Origin: Obrimoposthia wandeli
Lineage: Eukaryota
DNA length: 64,000 nt
Direction of reading: 5' to 3'
Assembly: GCA_977020255.1 (NCBI GenBank)
Contig: CDROCS010000253.1
Location: 3,100,001-3,164,000 of the forward strand
Shown: positions 39,603 to 47,891 of the stretch, piece by piece
Layout: each line of letters starts with the position of its first letter
Numbering within the stretch: the first letter of the stretch is position 1
The notes under the pieces: model-generated
Database searches by the model: none
Told to the model about the DNA's origin: nothing
What the model saw: the letters and a program-made list of their open reading frames with translations, nothing else
Made by a program: the position numbers and the translations under genes

Positions 39603-40610
39603 GTGCTCAAAAAACTTATTATTATTACTTTGTTAGTACTACTTGGCGCAGTAGCTACCTTAACTTATCAATTTGATCAGGCGTTACAAACTCCTTTAGC
39701 GATTGAGAAAAATAGTTTTTTAAAAGTAAAACCGGGTAGCTCTATTAGCTCATTTTCCAAGCAATTAGAACAAGAGCAATGGATAGCTACTCGTTTTTGG
39801 CTTAGAAATTATGGCCGTCTATTTCCACAAAAAGCAAATATTAAAACGGGTACCTACCTGATCGTCAAAGGTTCAACCTTAGCGCAATTATTAGTGCAGT
39901 TAACTAAGGGAAGAGAGCATCAATTCTCTATTACCTTTATTGAAGGCACACGTTTTAAAGATGCTTTAACTATACTCGCTGCGCATCCTTATATTAAACA
40001 AACGGTTAACGATAAATCGATTGATGAAATAGCGGAACAACTCACTATTAACGTAGCAAACCCAGAAGGGTGGTTATTTCCTGATACTTATGCGTTCACT
40101 GCTGATACTCAAGATATAACACTATTAAAACGCGCCTACGTAAATATGCAAACACAATTAAATAAGTTATGGCAGCACAGAGCGGATAACTTACCTTATA
40201 AAACACCTTATCAAGCGTTGATTATGGCCTCGATCATCGAAAAAGAAACAAGTTATATTGCCGAGCAGCCAATGATATCTTCAGTTTTTGTCAATCGCTT
40301 ACGAAAGCGCATGCGTTTGCAAACCGACCCAACGGTTATTTATGGTTTAGGCGATCGTTATCAAGGTGATATAACCCGTGCACATCTACGTGAAAAAACA
40401 GCTTACAATACCTACCGAATTAATGGATTGCCACCTACACCTATTGCAATGGCAGGCCTGTCAGCCCTGCAAGCTACATTAAATCCAGTAACGAGTGATT
40501 ACTTTTATTTTGTTAGTGGCGGTGATGGCAAACATGTTTTTAGTAAAACGCTGGCAGAACATAATATTGCCGTGCAAGATTATTTAAAAAAACAAAGACA
40601 AAAGAGATAG
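39603..40610 (+). CDS. mltG: Endolytic transglycosylase MltG (YceG)
   Basis: EGWLFPDTY, ASIIEKET, LQTDPTV, YNTY..GLPPTPI. Confidence 0.95.
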   Translation: MLKKLIIITLLVLLGAVATLTYQFDQALQTPLAIEKNSFLKVKPGSSISSFSKQLEQEQWIATRFWLRNYGRLFPQKANIKTGTYLIVKGSTLAQLLVQLTKGREHQFSITFIEGTRFKDALTILAAHPYIKQTVNDKSIDEIAEQLTINVANPEGWLFPDTYAFTADTQDITLLKRAYVNMQTQLNKLWQHRADNLPYKTPYQALIMASIIEKETSYIAEQPMISSVFVNRLRKRMRLQTDPTVIYGLGDRYQGDITRAHLREKTAYNTYRINGLPPTPIAMAGLSALQATLNPVTSDYFYFVSGGDGKHVFSKTLAEHNIAVQDYLKKQRQKR

Positions 40611-40626
40611 CAGAAAACATAAGCTA

Positions 40627-40796
40627 TATACCCGCTCCACTTGAAGATGCAGGATTCAGCTGGAATTAGAAACGCCTTTAGGCAAGGCATTGATTGAAGA
40701 GAATAGTTATTCTATGGTCGAAATCAATAACGCAGTATAAAGCGTTTATAAACCAGCCCTTTGGGGAAAAACAGAGCAAAAAATACCCGTCGTTAC
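40627..40796 (+). mobile_element. ERIC-like MITE copy D, truncated (right ~100 bp and right TIR missing)
   Basis: Left TIR and body match A/B to ~40766, diverge to ~40796, then become unrelated. Confidence 0.85.
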
Positions 40797-40917
40797 ATTC
40801 GTTGCTAAGCATTATGTTTGAGACTGGGATCATATTGACGTACCTGATATTCAATCAGCAATCCTAATCTAATGATAATTTTGTGTACTTTTACGAACGG
40901 CAAGATCATTATAAATC

Positions 40918-40947
40918 ATGCCTATGCCTATGCCTATGCCTATGCCT
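40918..40947 (+). repeat. (ATGCCT)x5 expansion inside the IS1595 terminal IR
   Basis: The other three related IRs in the window have a single unit. Confidence 0.9.
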
Positions 40948-41298
40948 ATGCACTTGGCTCAGGACGATTTTACAGGCACATGAATTATTGCTAATTTTAA
41001 CAACCTGTTGGGTATCTGTTTTTCGATAAATCGACGATTGAACCGATAACAGAACTCATCTAAGTATTCTTGTAGGTATTTTCCTGATACGCCATGAAAG
41101 GTAGCCATTCATCAACTAAATAACTCGGTGTTACTCTCGCTTCATAGTTTTGTGTTTGGTCAATTATATTCAATGCGGGTAATGCATCTGAATGAACTTT
41201 TTGACCTCGCTTGCCTTTTTTCTACCGCCAACAAGCGCGTCATCTAGTTCAATTGTGTCACTTAATTGATACAAGCGTAAGCGTATAGCTAACGGCAC

Positions 41299-42828
41299 CT
41301 AGCAGCGCTCAATATCCCATGGTAACAGCGATTCAAGATTGTTTGGCTGCTCAGCGAGATGCTGCAAGCATCTTGATATATAGTCATGCACGACTAAGCC
41401 ATTAGCCTTAGCCGTTTCAACGAGACTATAGAGAATAGCACTCGCATGAGCACCATTACAGGTATTTGAAAACAGCCATGCCTTGCGCCCTATCACAAAC
41501 GGTTTTATTGCCCGCTCGGCTCGATTGTTATCAATAGATAACCTACCATCTTCAAGGTAGCGTTGGAATTTATCAAACTGATTTAGACTGTAACTTATTG
41601 CCTCACCCAGTTTGCTTTTCGGTGGGATTTTATCTTTGTGCTTTATCAGCCAAGCATGTAGTTCTTTTACTATTGGCTTAGCGTGAGACTGTCGGATTTT
41701 GAATCTATCCTCTATCGATTTTTCTTTGAGCTGTTGCTCTAACCCATAGAGCTTGCCGATTAAGTTTAAGGCTACATCAACTTTGCCCGTCCTCGATTTC
41801 GCTTGTATCTTCTTTACATCAACGAATTTACGACGAATATGTGCAAGACAGGCGACTAATTTAGCTTGCGTTAGACCATAAGCTTGATAGCCATCAACAT
41901 GCATATAACCTTGGTAGCCATCAAGAAAATCAATCGCACATTGTGCTGCGCGACTGTTGTGATAATCGTATAAAACGATATTAGTTTTTTCACTGGCGCT
42001 ATCACTACCGCAGCAATATACCCACATATAGCTAGTCGCTTTCTCAGCCTTGATAACTTTTAAGGGGGTTTCATCCGCATGAATGGCAGGCTCTGCGAGC
42101 AATACTTCTTTTAAGCGCATATACAGTGGCTCAAGTAATTGAGCACTGCGCAACATCCAACTCGACATCGTTTGACGACTCAATTCAAGTCCAATATCAC
42201 TAAACATCGTTTCTTGACGGTTTAATGGTAAGCCAAATTGATATTTACACGAGATGATTTGGCTGAGTAAGCTGGAAGTTGCAATACTTTTGGGTATTGG
42301 CGTTGCTGGCATCAAGGCGGTTTTCACCACACTTTCAATCCCGTTACGCTCACATTGACGACATGTATATTTGGGCCGAATGGTTTTAATGACGTTGATA
42401 TGAGCAGGGACAAATTCTAGCGCTTCGCTGCTACTTTCACCCATTTTGTGCAACGGGTTTTGGCAGCAATCACAGACTTTATCTTCCTCATCAATATCTA
42501 CCACGACTTCTTTACGCGGCAGCGCTTGAGGTAAAGGCTTACGTTTTGGCTTAGCTTTCGTTGACGTCTCAATATTTGAATCGCCCAGAAGCTTTTTGTC
42601 GTGTTCATCAAGCACTGATTCTGCTTCATTGAATACTTCATCAGCACCAGGCATTTCCTCTGATTTTTTACCGTATTCATTGGCAAGCTTGAGATTATAG
42701 CGCTCAAGCAAGGCTTGATAAGCGAGATCTTTTTCTGCTAACGCTTCATCCATACGTTGCTGCAACTCAAGCAACATTTGCTTAAGTTGTTCAGGGTCAT
42801 TGGGTAAGGCGTTCGTATTGAATTTCAT
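41299..42828 (-). CDS. tnpC: IS66 DDE transposase
   Basis: Leucine zipper, CDCC/CRQC, HADETP, VDGYQAY, DNNRAERAIKP. Confidence 0.96.
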   Translation of the reverse strand: MKFNTNALPNDPEQLKQMLLELQQRMDEALAEKDLAYQALLERYNLKLANEYGKKSEEMPGADEVFNEAESVLDEHDKKLLGDSNIETSTKAKPKRKPLPQALPRKEVVVDIDEEDKVCDCCQNPLHKMGESSSEALEFVPAHINVIKTIRPKYTCRQCERNGIESVVKTALMPATPIPKSIATSSLLSQIISCKYQFGLPLNRQETMFSDIGLELSRQTMSSWMLRSAQLLEPLYMRLKEVLLAEPAIHADETPLKVIKAEKATSYMWVYCCGSDSASEKTNIVLYDYHNSRAAQCAIDFLDGYQGYMHVDGYQAYGLTQAKLVACLAHIRRKFVDVKKIQAKSRTGKVDVALNLIGKLYGLEQQLKEKSIEDRFKIRQSHAKPIVKELHAWLIKHKDKIPPKSKLGEAISYSLNQFDKFQRYLEDGRLSIDNNRAERAIKPFVIGRKAWLFSNTCNGAHASAILYSLVETAKANGLVVHDYISRCLQHLAEQPNNLESLLPWDIERC

Positions 42829-42933
42829 CCGCTGATTTTAACAAAGTATTCAACCAAATACGGCTTGTAACCGAAATGACGACAAGCGTTTGTGTCAATG
42901 ATCGTTGACTGTGAAAAACTCAATACTCGGCAA

Positions 42934-43281
42934 TTAGATCATCGATTGATAATGTAATTCTTGATGACCAAGGACATCATATCCACAGAGTAACCAATCA
43001 AGTTGCTCAGCCGTTAATGTAAATTCATGCGCGTTGAGCTTGCTAGGCCATTTGAATCTTTGTTTTTCTAAGCGTTTTTGCCAAAGCGTAAAACCTGTTT
43101 TATCCCAGTACAGTATTTTCAATTTATCTTTCGCTTTATTGCAAAAAACGAATAACGCTCCCGTATAAGCATCACGGTTTAACTCATCTTCAACTAGTGC
43201 GGCAAGTCCATTTATTGCCTTGCGAAAGTCGACAAAATCTCGATGTAGGAAAACCGCTGAAGGCTCAACAAACATCTTCAT
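42934..43281 (-). CDS. tnpB: IS66 accessory protein
   Basis: VDFRKAINGL, LFVFCN, LKILYWD..GF. Confidence 0.95.
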   Translation of the reverse strand: MKMFVEPSAVFLHRDFVDFRKAINGLAALVEDELNRDAYTGALFVFCNKAKDKLKILYWDKTGFTLWQKRLEKQRFKWPSKLNAHEFTLTAEQLDWLLCGYDVLGHQELHYQSMI

Positions 43282-43577
43282 ACAATAAGCTCGCGTAACA
43301 ATTGACTGAGGTAAGTAACAGGGGTTGATGCAGGTAAACTGACGTTGGCATTGCCTAATGTTATCGTTATGGCTGCACGCTTTTCAACGAACTCCACTTG
43401 ATGTGTTATTTTGGCGTGAACAAAGTTGTCTGACGACAAACCGAGTTTATTTCTAAAGGCATAAAAGCTAGAAGTTGCTAATTTCTGCTGCTGACAATAA
43501 TCAATAATGGTTAAGCCGCTGGCTTGTTGATCTTCAATGATGGTTTGCCATTGCTCTTGGCTACGTGTGATTCCCAT
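43278..43577 (-). CDS. tnpA: IS66 accessory protein (HTH)
   Basis: W..II..Q..SGLTI..YC; ATGA overlap with tnpB. Confidence 0.9.
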   Translation of the reverse strand: MGITRSQEQWQTIIEDQQASGLTIIDYCQQQKLATSSFYAFRNKLGLSSDNFVHAKITHQVEFVEKRAAITITLGNANVSLPASTPVTYLSQLLRELIV

Positions 43578-44178
43578 GGTTATCTCCTAAATTAAGTGAG
43601 GAAATAAGGTACCTGAGATCAATAGCTAACGTCAGGTGCCGTTAGCTATACGCTTACATACAAGCTATCTCTGTGTCTCATAGCAGCTCTAACTTTCTTT
43701 AAAATAAGCCTCGCTGTTCGCCAATTGACTTCTATTAACTTACTTAGTCTCAGGGCTGATATGCTCCCTTTATCCGAGCCAATAAAATAAATAGCCCAAA
43801 ACCACTGGATTAAGGTAATACGACTACCATGAAAAAGCGTACCTGCTGTAACTGATGTTTGTTTTTTACATTGTGTACATTCGTATAAATGACGACGTCT
43901 AATTTCATAGCTATGGTCATTACCACAGCGAGGGCAAATAAAGCCGTTTTGCCACTTCATCAGTTTCAAATACTCTAAACAATCACCTTCGGTACTAAAC
44001 TGTTGTTGCCAAGTTAAAAAGCTTGCTTCTGGCATGTTCATGATAATGTCTACCTATACAGCGTGTTTATATGTACAGTTTAGTTCAGTCCTGAGTTATC
44101 TGCATAGGCATGTTATAAATTGCATTAATGTTGTAGCTGTTATCAAATCAATGCCTAACAAAGCATTGGTTTCCCAGT

Positions 44179-44797
44179 ATGAGCACTACTTTTTTAAAAC
44201 ATTTTGAATCAATAACTGATCCACGAATTGAGCGTTGTAAAAAACATAACTTACTCGATATCCTTTTACTGGCTATCAGTGCCGTATTATCTGGCGCACA
44301 AGGTTGGGAAGATATTGAGGACTTTGGTCACTTGAAGCTTGATTGGCTGAGAAAACATCGCGATTTTGAGGCGGGTATCCCCAAGCACGATACGATTGCC
44401 AGAGTTATCTGTCGCTTAAAGGCAGACGAGATAGAGCATGCCTTTCAGTCATGGATATCTTCTCTTGTCAAAGTCACAGGATGCGATGTCATTGCGATTG
44501 ATGGCAAAACAGCTAGACGCTCTTTTACGACGAAAGATAGAAAGAATGCACTTCATACAGTAAGTGCTTGGAGTTGCCAACATCAATTAGTTTTAGGGCA
44601 AATGGCAGTCAGCAAAAAAAGTAATGAAATCACTGCTATTCCCGAGTTATTGAGCATGCTAGATATTGAAAATAGCGATGGCGCTATTTAAGCAAGATGA
44701 AAAAAAGTCAGTAAGTATAGCGAGGAAAAAGAAGATGGCAGGGTTAGACGATGAATATCGGTCAACCTTGTTAGAGTCAGGGATTAAAATGCGCTAG
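44179..44797 (+). pseudogene. ISAs1 transposase with large internal deletion
   Basis: DPR..RCKKH.L.DILL, IAIDGKT, SNEITAIPELL, then an out-of-frame C-terminal tail RKKKMAGLDDEYRSTLL. Confidence 0.88.
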
Positions 44798-44832
44798 CCG
44801 TTGCCATACTGGGCATTAAAATTAAAAATAAT

Positions 44833-44992
44833 CATGCCTATGCACTTGGCTCAGGTGGTGTAATAATAACACCAATAAATCCTATAAATAGATGACTTAA
44901 GTAATACCAAGAGCATAAGTTCAGGTATTAACGACTTAAGTGTCACACTGATCCATTTTCCATACATTTCCTGAGCTAACTGCATAGGCATG
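44833..44992. mobile_element. 160-bp non-autonomous MITE with IS1595-type IRs
   Basis: CATGCCTATGCACTTGGCTCAGG ... CCTGAGCTAACTGCATAGGCATG; 8-bp TSD AAAATAAT on both sides. Confidence 0.9.
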
Positions 44993-45108
44993 AAAATAAT
45001 TGACTTTTCCCTTCATTTTAGTCTCTTAATGAGGAATTATACTTTAAAATACATAACACTTAATTTACAAATTAAATGAGTTATTTCAATAATTAGGATA
45101 ATAAATAT

Positions 45109-45534
45109 ATGCTTGCAGTATTTCTAATAAATAGTTTAATTATTACTCTAGCAGTGCTTATTCATTATGAGTTTTTATTTCGGATATCTATTGTTCTTCC
45201 AAAAATGAAAATAAAACACCGTTTCATAATTGTTTTTGGTGTTTTTGGTGCTTTAGCCGCTCATAGCATTGAGATATGGCTTTTTGCTATTGCCTATTAT
45301 TTACTTCCCCAAATTCAGAGTTCGGGATATTTAGCAGGCAACTTTGACGGATCATTAATGGATTGCGTCTATTTTTCATATACTACATTTACAACTTTGG
45401 GTTTTGGAGATATAGAGCCTCATGGCCATATAAAACATCTTGTAGGGCTTGAATCTTTAACGGGGCTTCTTTTAATTACTTGGACAGCTTCATTTTTATA
45501 TTATGAAATGCAACGCTACTGGGATATTGCATGA
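45109..45534 (+). CDS. Small potassium-channel-family protein
   Basis: YFS.TTFTTLGFGDI pore signature with a GFG filter. Confidence 0.85.
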   Translation: MLAVFLINSLIITLAVLIHYEFLFRISIVLPKMKIKHRFIIVFGVFGALAAHSIEIWLFAIAYYLLPQIQSSGYLAGNFDGSLMDCVYFSYTTFTTLGFGDIEPHGHIKHLVGLESLTGLLLITWTASFLYYEMQRYWDIA

Positions 45535-45573
45535 TCAAAAAGCATTACAAATCGTTAAACTAGTGATTAAAAG

Positions 45574-45792
45574 ATGTTTAATCTTTCTGTCACGGATTAA
45601 GATAAGGATTTAACGGGCCAACACTTACTTGATATCTTTCGCATATTCAATAGGGCGAAAGAAGTAAGCTCTAACATTCAAGGGATAGGTTTAGCAATAC
45701 CTAAATCTAAAATTGAACAAATGGCTCGGAAAATTACTGTTATAAGTGAGGTTGGTAATGGAAGCTTTTTTAGCTCAACCCCCTTTGTTTAA
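45574..45792 (+). pseudogene. Histidine kinase HATPase_c C-terminal relic
   Basis: SVTD*...IFRIFNR...NIQGIGLAIPKSKIEQMARKITVISEVGNGSFF matches degenerate G1/F/G2 boxes; in-frame stops upstream. Confidence 0.6.
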
Positions 45793-46123
45793 AACGACTG
45801 CTTGTAGTCATATGATAATATGAATGAGAAAGGATACAAATATATCGAAAGTAATTATGGCGTAAAATCCTAATTATTCACTGATTTTAGTTAACTATGT
45901 AGTATATCAATACAACATAGAATCCAAATAATCTTTCATACATACGCTAGTAAAGACGCACGCTAATACAGCCTACAAAAAATGCTAACACGAGAACTAT
46001 TATTTTGAATTCCTCATAAGTTAAAATAAATAATTGTTTTTTAATGGGTAATATTTTCACTCCACTGTATTGTTAATAGTTGTCTGAGTGTCCTAATAAT
46101 TATACTAATAGGCATAATGAGAT

Positions 46124-47032
46124 CTATTCTTGACATATTTCAATAGATACATGTGAGAGCTGTGGCAAGATCCCCTTTAAAATACTTTCATATTCGTCTG
46201 AATTTAGTGGCTCAGTTGATGTTACTTTAAGAATTGCCGCTTGGTGAGCTGTGGCAATTTTCCATACATGAATATCGTTAATCACTGTATTTCTTTTACT
46301 TAAGGCATCTGAAATTTTATCCATGGTTGGTTGTTTTATCGACTTATCGAGAAGCACTTCACTTGATTCCTTAATTAACCCATAAGACCAACGTAAGATC
46401 ACTATGGCACCCACAATCCCCATTAATGGGTCCATCCAGAGTAAACCAATGTATTTTCCTACCAGTAAAGCAACAATAGCTAATAAGGACGTTAAGGTAT
46501 CCGCTAATACGTGAAAATAGGCTGCCTTCATATTATGGTCGTGATCATGGTGGTGGTGCTCTCCATGATGGTGATGATGATCATCATGAAGGATAAAAAC
46601 AGAGGCAACATTAACGACTAAACCTATAATCGCAACAATAATTGCTTCGTTGAAATGAATGGATTGTGGCTCGACTAATCGTAGAACAGATTCTATTATC
46701 ATCATTAATGCGACTATCGCTAATGCAATAGCACTGGCAAAACCACCTAAAGAACTTACCTTCCCTGTTCCAAAGCTAAAGTCTTTATTGTTCGCGTGCT
46801 TTTTAGCATAAGAGTAGGCAAATAGTGCAATAAGAAATGCGGCAGAGTGAGTTCCCATATGCCAACCGTCAGCAAGAAGAGCCATAGAGCCTGACCAGGT
46901 GCCAGCGGTAATTTCAAGTACCATAATGACAGTAGTTAACCAAAAAACACTTTTTACTTTGTTTTCATGGAGCTTACTGTCTACGCCAAAATCATGAGAA
47001 TGTTCCCATTGAATACTAGTATCGTTTTTCAT
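46124..47032 (-). CDS. dmeF: CDF-family Co/Ni efflux transporter with His-rich loop
   Basis: ALLADGWHMGTH, FSFGTGK, HDDHHHHHGEHHHHDHDHN, HVLAD. Confidence 0.88.
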   Translation of the reverse strand: MKNDTSIQWEHSHDFGVDSKLHENKVKSVFWLTTVIMVLEITAGTWSGSMALLADGWHMGTHSAAFLIALFAYSYAKKHANNKDFSFGTGKVSSLGGFASAIALAIVALMMIIESVLRLVEPQSIHFNEAIIVAIIGLVVNVASVFILHDDHHHHHGEHHHHDHDHNMKAAYFHVLADTLTSLLAIVALLVGKYIGLLWMDPLMGIVGAIVILRWSYGLIKESSEVLLDKSIKQPTMDKISDALSKRNTVINDIHVWKIATAHQAAILKVTSTEPLNSDEYESILKGILPQLSHVSIEICQE

Positions 47033-47092
47033 TAAACATCCTAAAATATAGCTTCATGCTACTTATGAATAGCATCTATTTACACTTTGAAA

Positions 47093-47111
47093 TATACTAT
47101 ACCCTAGTATA
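47093..47111. promoter_or_regulatory. RcnR/CsoR-type operator between the divergent dmeF and repressor genes
   Basis: TATACT-ATACCCT-AGTATA = TACT-N7-AGTA, the spacing of the RcnR operator. Confidence 0.7.
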
Positions 47112-47135
47112 CTACTTATCAAGTGAAGGAAATTT

Positions 47136-47411
47136 ATGTCACATACCATCGCAGGTAAAAAAAAGCTCCTCAGTCGTGTTAGACGAATAAAAGGTCAATC
47201 ACTCGCCTTAGAGACTGCTTTAGAGGGAGAGCCAAATTGTATGGCTTTTTTACAACAGGTAGCTGCGATTAAAGGTGCGGTTAATGGGCTGATGAAGGAG
47301 GTATTAGAAGCTCATTTGAGAGAGCATTTAGGTGTAGAAGATTTGACAAAAGAGCAACGACTAGAAGAAGTCGAAGAAGTTATTTCTATTCTTAAAAGCT
47401 ACCTAAAATAG
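47136..47411 (+). CDS. RcnR/CsoR/FrmR-family metal-sensing repressor (DmeR-like)
   Basis: MSH N-terminus, RVRRIKGQ, C..FLQQVAA..GA, H.REH. Confidence 0.9.
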   Translation: MSHTIAGKKKLLSRVRRIKGQSLALETALEGEPNCMAFLQQVAAIKGAVNGLMKEVLEAHLREHLGVEDLTKEQRLEEVEEVISILKSYLK

Positions 47412-47430
47412 AATATTTAGTGGAACAAAG

Positions 47431-47459
47431 CTAAAAACCGATTGCCTCTCGGTTTTTAG
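47431..47459. promoter_or_regulatory. Palindrome AAAAACCGA-nnGCCnn-TCGGTTTTT, copy 1 (terminator or operator)
   Basis: 11-bp arms; a second copy lies at 48934-48958. Confidence 0.55.
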
Positions 47460-47501
47460 TGTGACAATATCACAATACTTAAATAGGGTAGTGAAAAGTC
47501 T

Positions 47502-47891
47502 ATGCAACTCGGTGAACTAGAAAAACAAGTATTGGAATACCTTTGGAAGGCAAAGCCTGCTGATGCTAAGCAGGTACATAGCTATTTCGAAAAAAATCGA
47601 GGCGGCTCTCTTAATACTATTCAAAGCACGTTAGAACGCTTATTTAAAAAAGACCTGTTAAGTAGGGTAAAGAACGGCCACGCATATCAATATTTTCCTA
47701 AAGTTGCTCGCCAAGAATTGATAGGCCAACTAATCAAAAATGTTACTCATGATTTTGTTGTTGAAGATGAAAACAGCGTTGTCGCGGCTTTTTCTTCTAT
47801 TTCATCTGATCTCGATGAGGATCAGTTAGATAAACTGGAAGCTATGATTGAGCAACAGCGCCAAAAATTACAAGCTAAGACTGAAAGATGA
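47502..47891 (+). CDS. BlaI/MecI/CopY-family repressor
   Basis: LGELE..VLEYLW, NTIQSTLERLFKK.LL.R...G.AY.Y. Confidence 0.92.
   Translation: MQLGELEKQVLEYLWKAKPADAKQVHSYFEKNRGGSLNTIQSTLERLFKKDLLSRVKNGHAYQYFPKVARQELIGQLIKNVTHDFVVEDENSVVAAFSSISSDLDEDQLDKLEAMIEQQRQKLQAKTER

Larger units (their letters stand above)
41277..43657 (-). mobile_element. Complete IS66-family element (2381 bp)
   Basis: Perfect 24-bp IRs GTAAGCGTATAGCTAACGGCACCT; 8-bp TSD ATACAAGC at 41269-41276 and 43658-43665; tnpABC intact. Confidence 0.97.
40959..44041 (-). pseudogene. IS1595 transposase, split by IS66 (5' part 43658-44041, 3' part 40959-41276)
   Basis: CPRC/CTQC Zn ribbon; 3' part IELDDALVGG, HSDAL, YLQEYLDEFCYRFNRR with frame breaks and internal deletions. 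Confidence 0.88.
40917..44112 (-). mobile_element. IS1595-family (ISSod11-like) element, defective, interrupted by IS66
   Basis: IRs CATGCCTATGCA..T..CTCAGGAC; 8-bp TSD TTATAAAT at 40909-40916 and 44113-44120. Confidence 0.88.
40895..44803 (+). mobile_element. ISAs1-family element, internally deleted, interrupted near its left end by IS1595
   Basis: Imperfect IRs GAACGGCAAGATCATTATA vs reverse complement of the right end CAACGGCTAGCGCATTTTA (14/19); transposase N- and C-terminal pieces present; no TSD found. Confidence 0.6.

Noticed and set aside
5814-40796. Dispersed repeats or (ATGCCT)n as a CRISPR array
   Set aside because: No regularly spaced repeat-spacer units and no cas genes.
40797-40894. 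Short frame DWDHIDVPDIQSAILI* at the island edge
   Set aside because: Too short to assign; no start codon or family motif.
43623-43648. Subterminal hairpin TAGCTAACG/CGTTAGCTA at the IS66 end
   Set aside because: Partial internal repeat of the IR, as is common for transposase binding sites; not treated as a separate element.
47460-47474. TGTGA-N5-TCACA as a CRP site
   Set aside because: CRP needs a 6-nt spacer; kept only as a possible operator for another regulator.
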